DNA from: Glycera tridactyla
Taxonomy: Eukaryota
Assembly (NCBI GenBank): GCA_965644265.1
Contig: OZ286459.1
Coordinates: 67,332,001-67,396,000 of the forward strand
Length of the DNA: 64,000 nt
Reading direction: 5' to 3'
The notes below the pieces were generated by a model. It did no database searches, was not told where the DNA came from, and saw nothing but the letters and a program-made list of their open reading frames with translations. A program made the position numbers and the translations under genes. Of the stretch, positions 1 to 11,986 are shown in pieces; the stretch's first letter is position 1, and every line of letters begins with the position of its first letter.

Positions 1-1248
1 ACACATCAAACATTGCCTGGACTGATACAACTACCCAGCGGAGTCAATCAATATTGTTTTGATACAAACAGATCATTAGTCTCGTGATTACTGAGCTGAT
101 GCAGTACACACAGATCGATGGACGAATATCTGACTCGGCCAATCACTTTCGATTCACAATTGTCACAAAAAGTATAATTTCACCAAATTGTGGCCACCAA
201 ATAAGTGCTGGTCAATTGGGCCTCAATTGGTTGAATGTGGGCTGCCATTAAATGATGGCCTCCATCTTGGATCCATTAGAATCGCAGTTACAGTTGCAGT
301 CTATTGGAGCATGCCAATAACCATGATTCTCGTACCGAGCTCTTATTTTGCCAACCTCCATTGTACAATTTATGGAATTCAAAAATAATCCAGGTCATGT
401 GCAATAATTGGAAGTATATGCCAGATGTACAGAATAGATCATTTTAGCATTACTTCTCCAATTGAAGATACTCCATTTCATCCAGCAGCGTTGAATTATT
501 TTTCCTTTGTACTTAGTTTTTGAGTTACCATCATGACAATATAGGGAATGTGGTTTGTTAAGCTGTATGACTTTCAACACTATCTCCATTACATACAAAG
601 CCTTAACAATATTTACAAATGTGACATCCATGAACATTTACATGCAAATGAGTGAGCATATGATTCTTTCTCAACAGTAATTCATACTGATCTCTGATGT
701 GTGTCTTTTATGCAGAGAAGCACATACATGTATTGCAATTTCAGAGATACATGTAATATCATTCTCCCATACCTATTATAGGCTGGGGTTGCATTCTGAT
801 CTCTAGTAGAAAGGAGAATCAACACGGCAGATTGGTTGACATGATTGTGTATTCATCAAACAGGAACAATAGACAAGTGGTTCATAGACAATACACCAGA
901 TGGCAGTTCTCGAGGTTTCACACCTCTATCTCAAATATACATCATATCATTACAATACCCTGAAATCTATGCAGAGTTTTGGTATGTACTCTCAAGATCA
1001 TGTTTGCTGTCAGCAGGTGTAATTTTCTATGAGTGTGGAATACCTGGGAGCATATGATGAAGCTTGGTGTAATCTATTTCATGCAGTGAAATCTTGTGAG
1101 ATGAGCGGAGCACCTGATATGTGCCTTTTGAAATATGTGTCCTGTGAGATATTCCCAGAATACAGGAGGCATCAATTGTCAAAACAGGAGCAATACAACC
1201 AAGATATATATTTCATCAAGTAAGGGGTGGTCAGTAATTCAGTTAATA

Positions 1249-1408
1249 CAGTCGAACCTGTCTATAAAGACCGCCTTCGGTCGCATCAGAAAGCGGCCTT
1301 TATGGGCAGGTGGTCTTTATAGAGAGGTCATTTACTGTTGAAAATACTACCACGGTCGCAGCTCAGGTGGTCTTTATAGAGAGGTGGTCTTTAGAGCGGA
1401 TTCGACTG
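1249..1408 (+). mobile_element. Tc1/mariner (pogo/Tigger-like) MITE, family A
   Basis: TA|CAGTCGAACC...GGATTCGACTG|TA; internal repeats of GGTGGTCTTTATAGAGAG. Confidence 0.9.
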
Positions 1409-2253
1409 TATAATGGGCCCACTCTTATTGGAAGTGTGAGACTGCGGCTCAGGTCAAAGATGTGAGACTCATTTCACTCGGTCTACTCTCCTCAAGCACA
1501 CCAATCCAACCTTTTCATGAGTCTCATGTCGTTCATGCTGATGGGATTCTCGTATATTAGTGTACGTTAGGCGACTACGATCATGGATGGGATATAAAAA
1601 TGAGGAGGCATCATTTGCCGATCCATCATTCTTTTTACTTTCAGTCATGCCGCACTGCTGACAGTAAGTCTCTCAACCTTATTAATATACATTAATGGCG
1701 AAGCTGCGCCTACCTTGCCTATCAGCCTATCAATCATTATCTCTGTTTCTGTCTTATATGGCAACTGCGGCCTTGAATTTCTCATCCAAAACTCTTGTCA
1801 AGCCTCTGCTTATTGCGTGGCCTTTGTCATCACCATATTGCCAGGGTAATGGATCCTTCATATGCTCTCAAAAGTTAGATTCCACTTGAATATTTTGAAC
1901 TCAAAATAAATGACAAGTTCGAGGATTATCTCTGACCTGGAGGATAATTTGTTATAGCGAGATTATATGGCCGTGAAGTAAAAACGCGATACCAAATGAG
2001 GTGTGAATTTCGCAGATGTCTAGAGGCTGAAGGCCAAGTGACATCCAAAGAAATTCACACCGAGTTTGGCATTGCATTTTTACCTCACGGTCATATAGTC
2101 TTGCTTTTATCACATGGATTAGGGGAGAAATTGTCTAAAAGTAGTTCTCATCCAGCTGTGAAGTATCACACGCAATACTCAACACCTGATACTTAACTGA
2201 AAATGGCACATCCATGTGATAATGTGGTAAATCACTACTTCGTACAAAATTAT

Positions 2254-2513
2254 NNNNNNNNNNNNNNNNNNNNNNNNNNNNNNNNNNNNNNNNNNNNNNN
2301 NNNNNNNNNNNNNNNNNNNNNNNNNNNNNNNNNNNNNNNNNNNNNNNNNNNNNNNNNNNNNNNNNNNNNNNNNNNNNNNNNNNNNNNNNNNNNNNNNNNN
2401 NNNNNNNNNNNNNNNNNNNNNNNNNNNNNNNNNNNNNNNNNNNNNNNNNNNNNNNNNNNNNNNNNNNNNNNNNNNNNNNNNNNNNNNNNNNNNNNNNNNN
2501 NNNNNNNNNNNNN
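2254..2513. other. Assembly gap (N-run)
   Basis: N characters. Other gaps at 12937-13072, 30451-30596, 50430-50703 and 59408-59581, mostly beside CT/GA/GT microsatellites. Confidence 1.
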
Positions 2514-3099
2514 TCTCCCCTTCTCTTCTCTCCTCTCAGCTCTCACCTTCCAAACACCCACCCACCCACTCACACATGCATGCATACACAGTATACGTCA
2601 TTCCAGCGCTGTTGTGTTGCTGTCTGCAGCCCTGGTCAATGTCTAGTGATCATGGTGCTGGGATGTCTGACACTCCCCCAAATGCTGATACTGATTTGAT
2701 GAAGCAGGCCTGCAGTTTGAGGTCTGCGACAAGTACCTCCATCTCACTCTCCATCCATGTGACTATTCTACCTCTTCTCTGATATATCCAAACCAATTGA
2801 ATTTTCCCATGAGCAAATCTGTCTTGTATCATTTCTTCTTCACAACATGCTCAACATCGATGAATGAATAAGAGCCAGAAGAAAGATTATAGATCAGGAG
2901 AGATTGGCATTTGACTTCGGGAATGCAGGGGTGGATTCAATTACCAAGTGGCTTGTCGGTGCAATACACAACACACTAACAGTTGTGAACAGAATATATG
3001 AGTGAAATTTGTAACCATCCCTGTGTAGTGTTTGGATGTTATCAGAGAAGAAGCAACCCACAGGGGATTTGGAAAATACAAACTTTGTTAGGGGTAAAG

Positions 3100-3500
3100 T
3101 CTGTCAAGCTTTTGTGTGGCGGGTACGTATTTCACCCTAGCATCACGAATTTGCATCAGATTGAAATGAAACTTGCAGACAGACATGTGGACATCTCCGA
3201 CGATTAGAAAAATGATCACGGTGAGGTTCCCTTGTATATTCCACCTTAGAATGCAAAATATGTCGATTTCACGCTGGTTTCCCGCCAAGTGCGGCGGCCG
3301 TGTCCCCACTGTTTCGCATAGAAATGATCGCCGATAATGGCGGTGGATTCGCCGAAATGATGGTGTAACCCTCTCCAGAGGCATGCAGTCCAGCCAAACC
3401 CAGTATTGATAATCGCCGGAAGATCTGTTCAATCCATTCGTGCCATCAAAAGTCAAATCTGATGAAAATTGACAAAGTTAGTGTCTGAAACGTAGTTTAG
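3100..3500 (+). repeat. Interspersed repeat family, probably Helentron-related
   Basis: GTAAAGTCTGTCA..GGCGGGTA..CATCAGATTGAAATGAAACTTGCAGACAGACAT..TGATCACGG.GAGGTTCCCTTGTATATT recurs at 10650-10840, and in decayed form at 58570-58680. Confidence 0.75.
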
Positions 3501-4439
3501 TTTAGCAGCATCCCAGGATGAGTTCATCTGGCTCTTTTACCACATACACTGTATTACAATAGAAACTCTACTTAGTATGTAAGAAACCTCAAGTTTTCAT
3601 CACTCTTATGGTTGTGGTGGAAGTTCTGAAGTGTAGCACAAAGAAATGTATCTATGATTGGCTCATCAATAGAATGAAGGATTGGAGCGAGGGAAGAGCG
3701 GGAGGACTGGTGGATGGATAGATGAATTAACACCCACATGGAGCTACCATCACTACATATGATACTGTTAAATGTTAGTATTGACCGTGATATTCCCTGT
3801 CTTCATTGACTCATATCAGTGTTGATGGAAACTTGCTTGGAGAATATTTCTCGAAAAAATAAGTCTGTGACTATATCCGTTCTTTCATCAAGAAAAATGG
3901 GGATTATTTTGCACATTCATGAGTGTCATATTCATTACATTGGGAGAAAACAGTCCCATGGGATTCTCATGATGACACATTCATACAGCTTGAAACTTGC
4001 AATGAGAGACAATGATGAATGTCATAAGAAAGTGGTATCTGCTGGGAGGTATTTCTGACAATGTCAAGTGAAAAACAGTTTTTGAAAACAGGTCTCTCAT
4101 CAGGGGGTATCTCACAGGTAACACTAGATGCCATGAGGTGCTGTGAAATCCTGGGCCAAGCAACCATCTTGACCAATAAAAAAGGTCCTGTAGCAAATAG
4201 ATTGTTCTTGGTTCCAAGATGGTTCATGTTGAAATCATTTTCACTTACTTTGGAACAATGTTTTGAAACAGTCAAGATGTTTTGACCACTCTACAAGCAG
4301 TCTTGATCACTTGATGGGTCAGTGGTCACAGCTCACCGTCTTGCCTGTTTCAAAACATTGTTCCAAAGTAAGTGAAAATGATTTCAACAAATAAGGGTCT
4401 TGCAGAATAGGTGGCCAGTTGTTGGAGGTACATTCAGAC

Positions 4440-6200
4440 TCTAAAAAGAGGAGGTTGGCTCCCAAAAAGTTACACCAGGAAACTATTGTTGCTTTATGGG
4501 TTTTTAACTCCTCGGCATGATCACCAGCGGTCTAATTGACATTGCTTTTAACAAAATGCCAGGTTGAAGATTTTGTCAGGCTGATGTGAATTTATATCAC
4601 TGAAGAAATTTGATGCAAACTTGAAAGGGTTAAATGATTGGGCATGTTGACCAGCTTGTATACTATGACCTTTAGATGCCATCAAGAAGATCTCAATGTC
4701 ATCTTTATGAGGCAGGCACTATCAGGTCTGGTGACCTCCATACTTGTCTTTATGATACTGGATTAGTGTCTCGCTTATTTGACTTACTTGACCACCCAAG
4801 ATATGCCTCATCAACTGGGAATATTATCAAGATGGCTGATCCAATAGGCAGAGCCTCTCCCTGGTGCAGCTCCACAATAGTCACATGAAGCCCATGGTAG
4901 GAGGCGGTATTTGATCTGCACTTATGGAGGTTTGGTAATTTCAGAAATGCATATCTTGTTCATCATGTTGATCTGGGTACATTCTTCCATGTATCATTAA
5001 CTCAACTGTTGTGTCATTTTGCACTGAAAACATGACGAATATCCACAGAATGAGTTCTATTGATGGGCCAGTGTATACATAACCACTGATCTTTTTTATG
5101 CCCTGCGGTGTGTAACATCTAAGGGGCACTATTTTTTTCAAATCAACCCCAGTGTGGGAGGGTGTGTGGATGGGTGGGTGCCTGGGTGGGTGAATGATGG
5201 TTTCCGGACGATAACTCAGAAAGTTTGAGGGTTAGCTTTTTCAAACTTGGTGGAAAAACACTCCTAGGGTATGACAAGACACCTATTGATTCTGGGGTGG
5301 CCATCTTGAATTGCTAGGTCACTGAGTGCAAATAGGTCAAAATGGTTTCCGGACAATAACTTCAAAAGTTTCAGGGATAACCTTCTCAAACTCAATGTAC
5401 AGCCTATCCTAGGTTATCGTAAAACACCTATCGATTTTGGGGGCGGCTGTCTTGAATTTCAAGGTCACTGAGTGCAAGGAGGTCAAATCAGTCTCCAGGT
5501 GATAACTACGATGAATTTAAAACTTTCAGGTCTGAAATGTTTGAGGGCTAGCCATCTGAAACTTGGAGCATGGACTCCCCTCGGATCTAACAAAAGACAT
5601 TTCGATGTTGGGATAGTGATCTTGAATTTCAAGGTCATTGAGTGTGAAATAGTATGAGTTTTGTTCTAATATCACTTCTCTCATTCACTCTTCCTGTGAC
5701 AAGCATGCACTCAGCGGGGCATTCGCGCTCATTGAGTGCATCTAGTTTTTCACATGTTAAGATGGTGAAACTGCATCAGTTGATGTCATTTACAGAAATG
5801 GCCATAACTTGAAGGATATCTGCTTGAATGTTATGCCGGATTATCCATGATGGATTCTTGCATGATTCCATGATAATGGGTGGCTGATATATCCCAAGAG
5901 TTTTCCAACGATCTGATGTAGAATTCTTATACAGCCAAAACGCAAAGGAAGCCAGACAGTGCATTTGGCAGTTGGCTTCTATAGAACCTGCACCTTGTGT
6001 TTTCAAGTAGAATAAGAAAAGAGATATCAGGCCTTCTGTTAGGATTCTTCAGCCATCACATTCCTCTTGTTCATATCCATGAGGTAGAATACAAGATCCC
6101 AAAACATTCAATAAGTATTCAATGGTTGAGTGTCAATCTGCAGAATGTCTTCTTGGTTCTAATTATTTCTGCATGGATTGTGCGGGAGAGTTCCAACAAC
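4440..6200 (+). pseudogene. Highly decayed Penelope-like element, interrupted by the HINE at 5092-5748
   Basis: PKKLH, (D)V-TSLYT..LDAIKKI, IGRASP, SVYI-TTD (cf. VYxKPTD), then after the HINE NGH..I and YFCMDC (cf. CxxC near the GIY-YIG domain). Many stops and indels. Confidence 0.35.
5092..5748 (+). mobile_element. Helentron-associated non-autonomous element (HINE/DINE-1-like)
   Basis: 5' IR ATGCCC...GGGGCAC in a T-run; (GGGT/GGAT)n microsatellite; ~145-bp core repeats (ATGGTTTCCGGAC at 5197 and 5342); 3' hairpin TGCACTCA...TGAGTGCA enclosing GGGGCAT, then CTAG and a T-run. Confidence 0.8.
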
Positions 6201-6593
6201 TGGCTCTTTCTCCTTATGTCAAGTCAGTCAATTTTCTTATCACTGTGCACTCATATGTACACACCATGAAGGTCTTTTCCAGGACTTGGGGGTTGCTGAT
6301 ACTATGAGTCCTAGAGATGTGATGTATATAGTACTGATAGAATCTATTTGTAATCATCTCAGTCCCAATTATGACCCCATTGTGTTGCTGCTAGCAAGGA
6401 CATAAACATGCAGTAATGTAGGTAGGGTAATGACTTTATGAATGATATACCAGTTTACCTGGCATCCAAGCATAAAGCTTTTATCCAATGCCTAGATAAT
6501 GCCCTGCTTTGTCATATCCCATTACCTGATAATGAGACTATCACCAGCTGCAGCTTTCTTTGCATTATTGCATGATTGATTGTTCGTATATAG

Positions 6594-6625
<32 letters not shown>

Positions 6626-6949
6626 GAACTCGGGGGGGGGGGGAATCATTGATACCACTGTAGCTACACAGTGAGATCTGTTACGAGCACTTGTCTGCAA
6701 GATCCAAAATCCTACATTATTTTTTTTTTCAAAATTTCAAGTGGGTGCTAGTCACAGGTTTCACTAGAAATGATGAGAAAAATAATAACAATGATAACGA
6801 AAAGCATGTTCACACTTAATCATTCTCATGAAATGGTTTAGTTGATGATGTAACCATTCCAAGTTGTACAGGTTAGTATCCAATATTCACTGATGTAAAA
6901 ATCATCTCATGTTGAATATTTGTAGAGATGTAATAAAATGGGATGCAAC

Positions 6950-7500
6950 ATGTTTGGTTTGTATCCATGTTAAATTTGCATGTTATTATACTAAACACAT
7001 TTTACAGTGCTTTGCTTGAATACTAATTTGTCGTTCAATACTGCATCAGGGCCAGCAGTGTTCTGTTGCAATGCCCATACAATGAGACTCTTTCTTGGCC
7101 ATTGATCAGTGGCAAGATCCATCGAATTCAGAGACAAAATGGCATTTCTTGTGTAGAGATGAGGCTCTCCAGTCATAAAAGTGATGTTGAGAAGTGGATT
7201 CTTTTTAGTGATGTCCCAACTGGTGTGAAGGTATCGGGTGTTTTCCATGCATACAACATATCTTGAAAAACTGGTAATTGCAATAGTGATCTCAATCCTA
7301 TCGGGTGTCTGAAAAAGTGTAGGAAAATTTGCATGTCATTTATGCTGAGAAAAGATTTCACAACTTGTGAAAAAAACTGTCAAATGCATCCTGGAGAGGT
7401 TTGATGTATTTCAGGCTGAAATATGATGCCTTCCATAAATATTCATTCATTCCAATCATGATATTCTTGGGTTATGGGCCAGGCTAATAGGCAAGAGAGC
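6950..7500 (-). pseudogene. Possible L1/Tx1-like ORF2 C-terminal remnant
   Basis: LQLPVFQDMLYAWK and GEPHLYTRNAI resemble LPxFYxxxLxAW and EPLxxNxxI; fragmentary. Confidence 0.25.
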
Positions 7501-7780
7501 TGTAGAGAAAATAACATCTTGATTGCAATGTATTTTCATTAGTGTTTGATGCCAGCTGAAGCATTGCAAGTCCTATGACTCTGAACATTTTTTCACAATT
7601 TTTCCCGCGTACCAAACTGCATCCGCTTGTAGTCTGGTGTCAAAATTGCCGTCTCGATTAGTGTAATTTGCACCTAATTTTGGTTGTTGTTACATGTTAG
7701 TGGTTGCCATCAACTCGTGCATGTCTCAGAACTTAGTTCACTGTCCTCGAGTAAATATTGTGCTGGCCAAGTATAGCATT

Positions 7781-9600
7781 TTTACCTCGCCTCAACGAAG
7801 TTGAAGAGAGGTATTGTCCTCGCATCAGCGTCGGCGTCGACGTCAAAGTTTTACGTCAAAGTTTTTTTTCCTGCAAGATTTCATGTCAAAGTTTTTCTTT
7901 AACCCTTCTACCATCATCAGATCTTGTGCACATGGGTTATAATACATCAGGAATGATATTAAGAGAGCACTACGTCAAAGTTTTACGTCAAAGTTTTACG
8001 TCAAAGTTTTTTATTGAAGTCTGTAGCTCAGCAACTATGGCTCTTACCACCACCAGATTTCATACACACATACCCCTGAGTATTGGGAAAGGTGTCCATC
8101 CATCCATTCAGCATTATCCCAGTTTTGCATCATATTTTTGGGTGAAAAATGCATATTTTTGAGGATATGGACTTCACGTCAAAGTTTTTGTTGGAGTCAG
8201 GTGACTGCACAACCATGGCCCCTACCATCACCAGTTTTCATGCACACATGCTCCATTGTGTTACAAGGAATGTTTACCCTTCACAGCAGCAGTATCTCAG
8301 TTCAGGGTAGTGATTTTGGGGTGAAATTGCTCATTTTTGGGAAATTGGACTTTACGTCTTAGTTTTTGTTCAGGTCAGGTCACTCTTCAACCATGGCCCC
8401 TACCTCCACCAGATTTGATGTACACATACTCCAGTGTATTCTGAGGGGGGGGGGGCATCCAACCATCACCACAGCAGTATGCATGCCAGTCGTGTGATGT
8501 ATCGTAGATTTGGGATAAAACTTCACTTTTTTGGAATGACTGGACTCTGACAATTTTAGTGATTTTTGAGTACCAGGACACACCAAACTCAACAAGGATA
8601 CATTTTATTGCATCTCCTGATGAATGCCAGCCATAGATGGGGTCTCCCAAAGGGCCTGGTTGGTTTTGGGGTGAAAATTGGTTTTTCAGAAATGGATTTT
8701 TCTAAAGATTGTGGCTGTTCAGAGCCACTCCAAACTTGGCTTGGATGCAATTCATAGCATTCCCTAATGTATGCCAGCCATAGATGGGGTCTCCCAAAAG
8801 GCCTGGTGGGTTTTGGGGTGAAAATTGGTTTTTCAGAAATGGATTTTTCTGAAGATGGTGGCTGTTCGTAGTCATTCCAAACTTGGCATGGATGCAATTC
8901 ATAGCATTCCCTAATGAATGCCAGCCATAGATGGGGTCTCCCAAAAGGCCTGGTTGGTTTTGGGGTGAAAATTGTTTTTTCAGAAATGGATTTTTCTAAA
9001 GATGGTGGCTGTTTGTAGCCACTCCAAACTTGGGTTTGATGCAATTCATAGCATTCCCTGATGAATGCCAGCCATAGATGGGTCTCCCAAAAGGCCTGAT
9101 TGGTTTTGGGGTGAAAATTGTTTTTTCAGAAATGGATTTTTCTAAAGATTGTGGCTGTTCAGAGCCACATCAAACTTGGCATGGATTCAATTCATAGCAT
9201 TCTCTAATGAATGCCAGCCATAGATGGGGTCTCCCAAAAGGCCTGGTTGGTTTTGGGGTGAAAATTGGTTTTTCTGAAATGGATTTTTCTAAAGATTGTG
9301 GCTGTTCAGAGCCACATCAAACTTGGCATGGATTTAATTCATAGCATTCCCTAATGAATGCCAGCCATAGATGGGGTCTCCCAAAAGGCCTGATTGGTTT
9401 TGGGGTGAAAATTGGTTTTTCAGAAATGGATTTTTCTAAAGATTGTGGCTGTTCAGAGCCACATCAAACTTGGCATGGATTTAATTCATAGCATTCCCTA
9501 ATGAATGCCAGCCATAGATGGGGTCTCCCAAAAGGCCTGATTGGTTTTGGGGTGAAAATTGGTTTTTCATAAATGGATTCTAGCCAAAGCATCCCTCATT
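7781..9600 (+). mobile_element. HINE-like element carrying a tandem core array
   Basis: 5' T-run with IR TACCTC..CTCAAC GAA GTTGAA..GAGGTA; GCGTCG and CGTCAAAGTTTT short repeats; diverged cores then a homogeneous 147-bp array; no 3' hairpin seen. Confidence 0.65.
8600..9590. repeat. Tandem array, 147-bp unit, about 6.7 copies
   Basis: GGGTCTCCCA recurs at 8641, 8787, 8934 and onward; produces the 49-aa-periodic spurious ORF 8589-9044. Confidence 0.95.
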
Positions 9601-9640
9601 GATTCTCAGCCATGTATGGGATTGCTCATTAGCCCTACTG

Positions 9641-9845
9641 CAGGGCTTTCCGTTAACTTTTTTCTTCAGCTGTCATTCAGGCAGATGAAGTAGGATTTTT
9701 ACCTGCCCTCCCTGTCATTTTCACCTGCCCTCCTGCATATAATCATAGCCCAAGTAAGGGTTGGGTACCTGTCCATCGGGCAGGCAGATTGATAAAATCA
9801 CCTGCCTGCCTGTGCCAGTAGGGCAACCACTAGCGTGGAGCCCTG
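9641..9845. mobile_element. CAGGG-ended MITE with 5-bp TSD (hAT5-like)
   Basis: Imperfect TIR CAGGGCTTTCCGTTA/TAGCGTGGAGCCCTG; TACTG directly repeated at 9636-9640 and 9846-9850. Confidence 0.7.
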
Positions 9846-10029
9846 TACTGTTATTTTAGAGAAATTCACTTTTTCGAAAAGACTTTTTGAGGAAGATTAC
9901 CTTTCCAAGCATAATTATGTATTGGGTATTCCTATGCGATCAGGAACTGTATGCACCCATCAAAGAAGCAGCACTGTTTTGTTTGTGTAAACTGTACCAA
10001 AAAATGTCTTTCTTGAAGCAGCGTGTTGT

Positions 10030-11095
10030 GTTTGGCTTCGCCAAGGCGAGGTCCGCCTTCAGTGAAGGCTATGTTGATAATTGTCCTAAACACTGTATTG
10101 TTAGTACACTGTATCGTTAGTATTCTGTTGTGATACTAGTGAATGTTCGCTGCCTGAAACAAGTTTCCTTTAAAAAGGAAGTCTTCATGAAGGTTGGAGA
10201 AATGTTGAGATTTTCAGTTTGTTCATTTGAAGCTAACAGGTGAGGTGGTGGTGGTGATGATGGTGGTAGGCAGGGGTCATGGTGATTGTGGTGGTGGCGG
10301 TGTTGTCAGTGGTGGTGGTGCTGACAGTAGCGGAGCTGGTGGTGGTGGCAGTAATGGTGGTGGTGCTGGCAGCGGTGTTGGTGGTTGCAATGGTGGTGGT
10401 AATGGCTGTGGTGGTGGTGATGGTGATGCTGGTGGTGGCGGTGGTGATGATGGTGGTGGTACTGACGGTGGTGGTAGTGCAGGTGGTGGTGGGAGTGGTG
10501 CTGGCTCAACAATTGTTTGGTGGTTGTGTGTGTGGGTGGTTAGTTGGTTGGTTGGGTGGTGGTGGTGGTGTCGGCAAAAGTGGTGGCGGTGCTGGCTGTG
10601 GATATCGCCACCAGCACAGTGTGCAGTTGGCGATGGTGGTAGTGATGGTGGTAAAGTCTGTCAGGCTTAATCTTGGCGGGTATGTTTTTCATCCTAGCAT
10701 CGCGAATAAGCATCAGATTGAAATGAAACTTGCAGACAGACATTGTGGACTTTTCCGACGATCAGAAATGTGATCACGGCGAGGTTCCCTTGTATATTTC
10801 ACCTTAGAACGCAAAATGTGTCAATTTCATGCTGGTTTCGCACAGATTCTTGCCTCGTGACAGACGCAATCGCCGGTGGAGTGCTTGCCATACGTAAGGC
10901 GTGAGCATCTGCTTCGGAGGTTAATCAGTAGATCATGCGGTATCTCGTAGTCACATGTCAAAACACTGGAGCAAACGACCAATAGGATTCTCTCCACACA
11001 CATTCGAGTCATGTGATCAACTATGGCATCTGGCACGCCACTCCTGGCTGAAACTTCGCTCTATATGAGTCTTCGACCGTAGTCGAAGACAAAAA
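10030..11095 (+). mobile_element. Second copy of the 3.1-kb family with expanded (GGT)n and terminal hairpins
   Basis: Short palindromes at 10036-10069; degenerate (GGT)n at 10225-10650; shared core at 10650-10840; perfect hairpin GTCTTCGAC-CGTA-GTCGAAGAC at 11069-11090. Outer boundaries are inferred. Confidence 0.5.
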
Positions 11096-11810
11096 GGTAT
11101 TACAGTATCTGCCACCTGCTCAAACACTCAGTTGTTGGAGTTTGACTGTATACCACAAACAATGCCCTGATTGTATCAAGGATTGAATCTGGATCTCAGA
11201 GTTAACAATTGCAGTGCAATTCACTTTCGTAGCAGAATTGCATCTATAGCTATCTCCCATTGGCAATTTGTGATAATTAGTTTGTCTTGTTTGTTGTGCA
11301 TACAAGACCTAAGATATGAAAATATTCAAATTTATGAGAAGGTTATGAAGATCAGATAATACTTGAAGCAAAGTTATGATCTTTGAGGCCTACCTGACCA
11401 AGTTGTAATGTTAGGCCAATGTGTAAAATGCCAGTACGTGGCAAAAAGTGTGATGTACCAAAGTATGATTGAAAGGTGAACTCCTACTCGTGCTGACGCA
11501 AACCGCCTCGAGTTTCAGTTCGGTGTAGGTGGACCCACATTCAAGAGTAGCCACTCCCACTGACTGAGAGTTTCAAGGAACACTGTAGTGACTGGCAGGA
11601 TTCAGATTACAGTTCATGCATACTAGGGGCATTAGTGAAATGGCTACTGGCCTAACCAGATGGTGAGTCAGCGCCGTGCCTGTTTCTCACATTGATCATC
11701 ATTATCTGCTTACCTCATCTCCACCTTCCTCTCTCTCTCTCCACTTCAAACTTATTTTTGCAGAGCCTGTCAGTCGTCTAGGTCATGTGATATCAGACTG
11801 AATGAGACTA

Positions 11811-11986
11811 GAGTGAAACCTGCAACGAGAGACCCCCGACAAGAGACCACCTCCAATGGGAGACCGCTTTTCCAGGGCAGCTTTTCTATTTGACATAGTC
11901 AAATATACCTCCGACGAGAGACCACCTCTTTTGAGAGACCGCTTTTTGGTGACATTTAGAGCGGTCTCTCGTCGCAGATTCCACTG
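11811..11986 (+). mobile_element. MITE family D (GAGACCACC motif)
   Basis: TA|GAGTGAAACC...GATTCCACTG|TA. Further full or partial copies at about 12236-12367, 14350-14479, 19772-19947, 31520-31925, 32530-32660, 33183-33336, 46305-46390 and 52378-52553. Confidence 0.8.

Noticed and set aside
188-388. IGPQLV...LND...MILVP resembling a TRPM S4-S5/S5 segment
   Set aside because: Spacing is off, there are no clear splice boundaries, and its position upstream of the S2-like segment is the wrong order for one gene.
3460-3500. CTGATGA...GAAAC resembling a hammerhead ribozyme core
   Set aside because: Stem II is not correctly juxtaposed to the core, and stems I/III with an NUH cleavage site could not be formed. 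Other CTGATGA sites I looked at also failed.
8589-9044. 151-aa ORF with 49-aa repeats
   Set aside because: It is a translation of the 147-bp tandem array inside a HINE-like element.
10227-10773. Gly-rich, Val-rich and His-rich ORFs suggesting a structural or metal-binding protein
   Set aside because: All frames are open because of the (GGT)n repeat, and the ORFs run into a repeat family shared with 3.1 kb.
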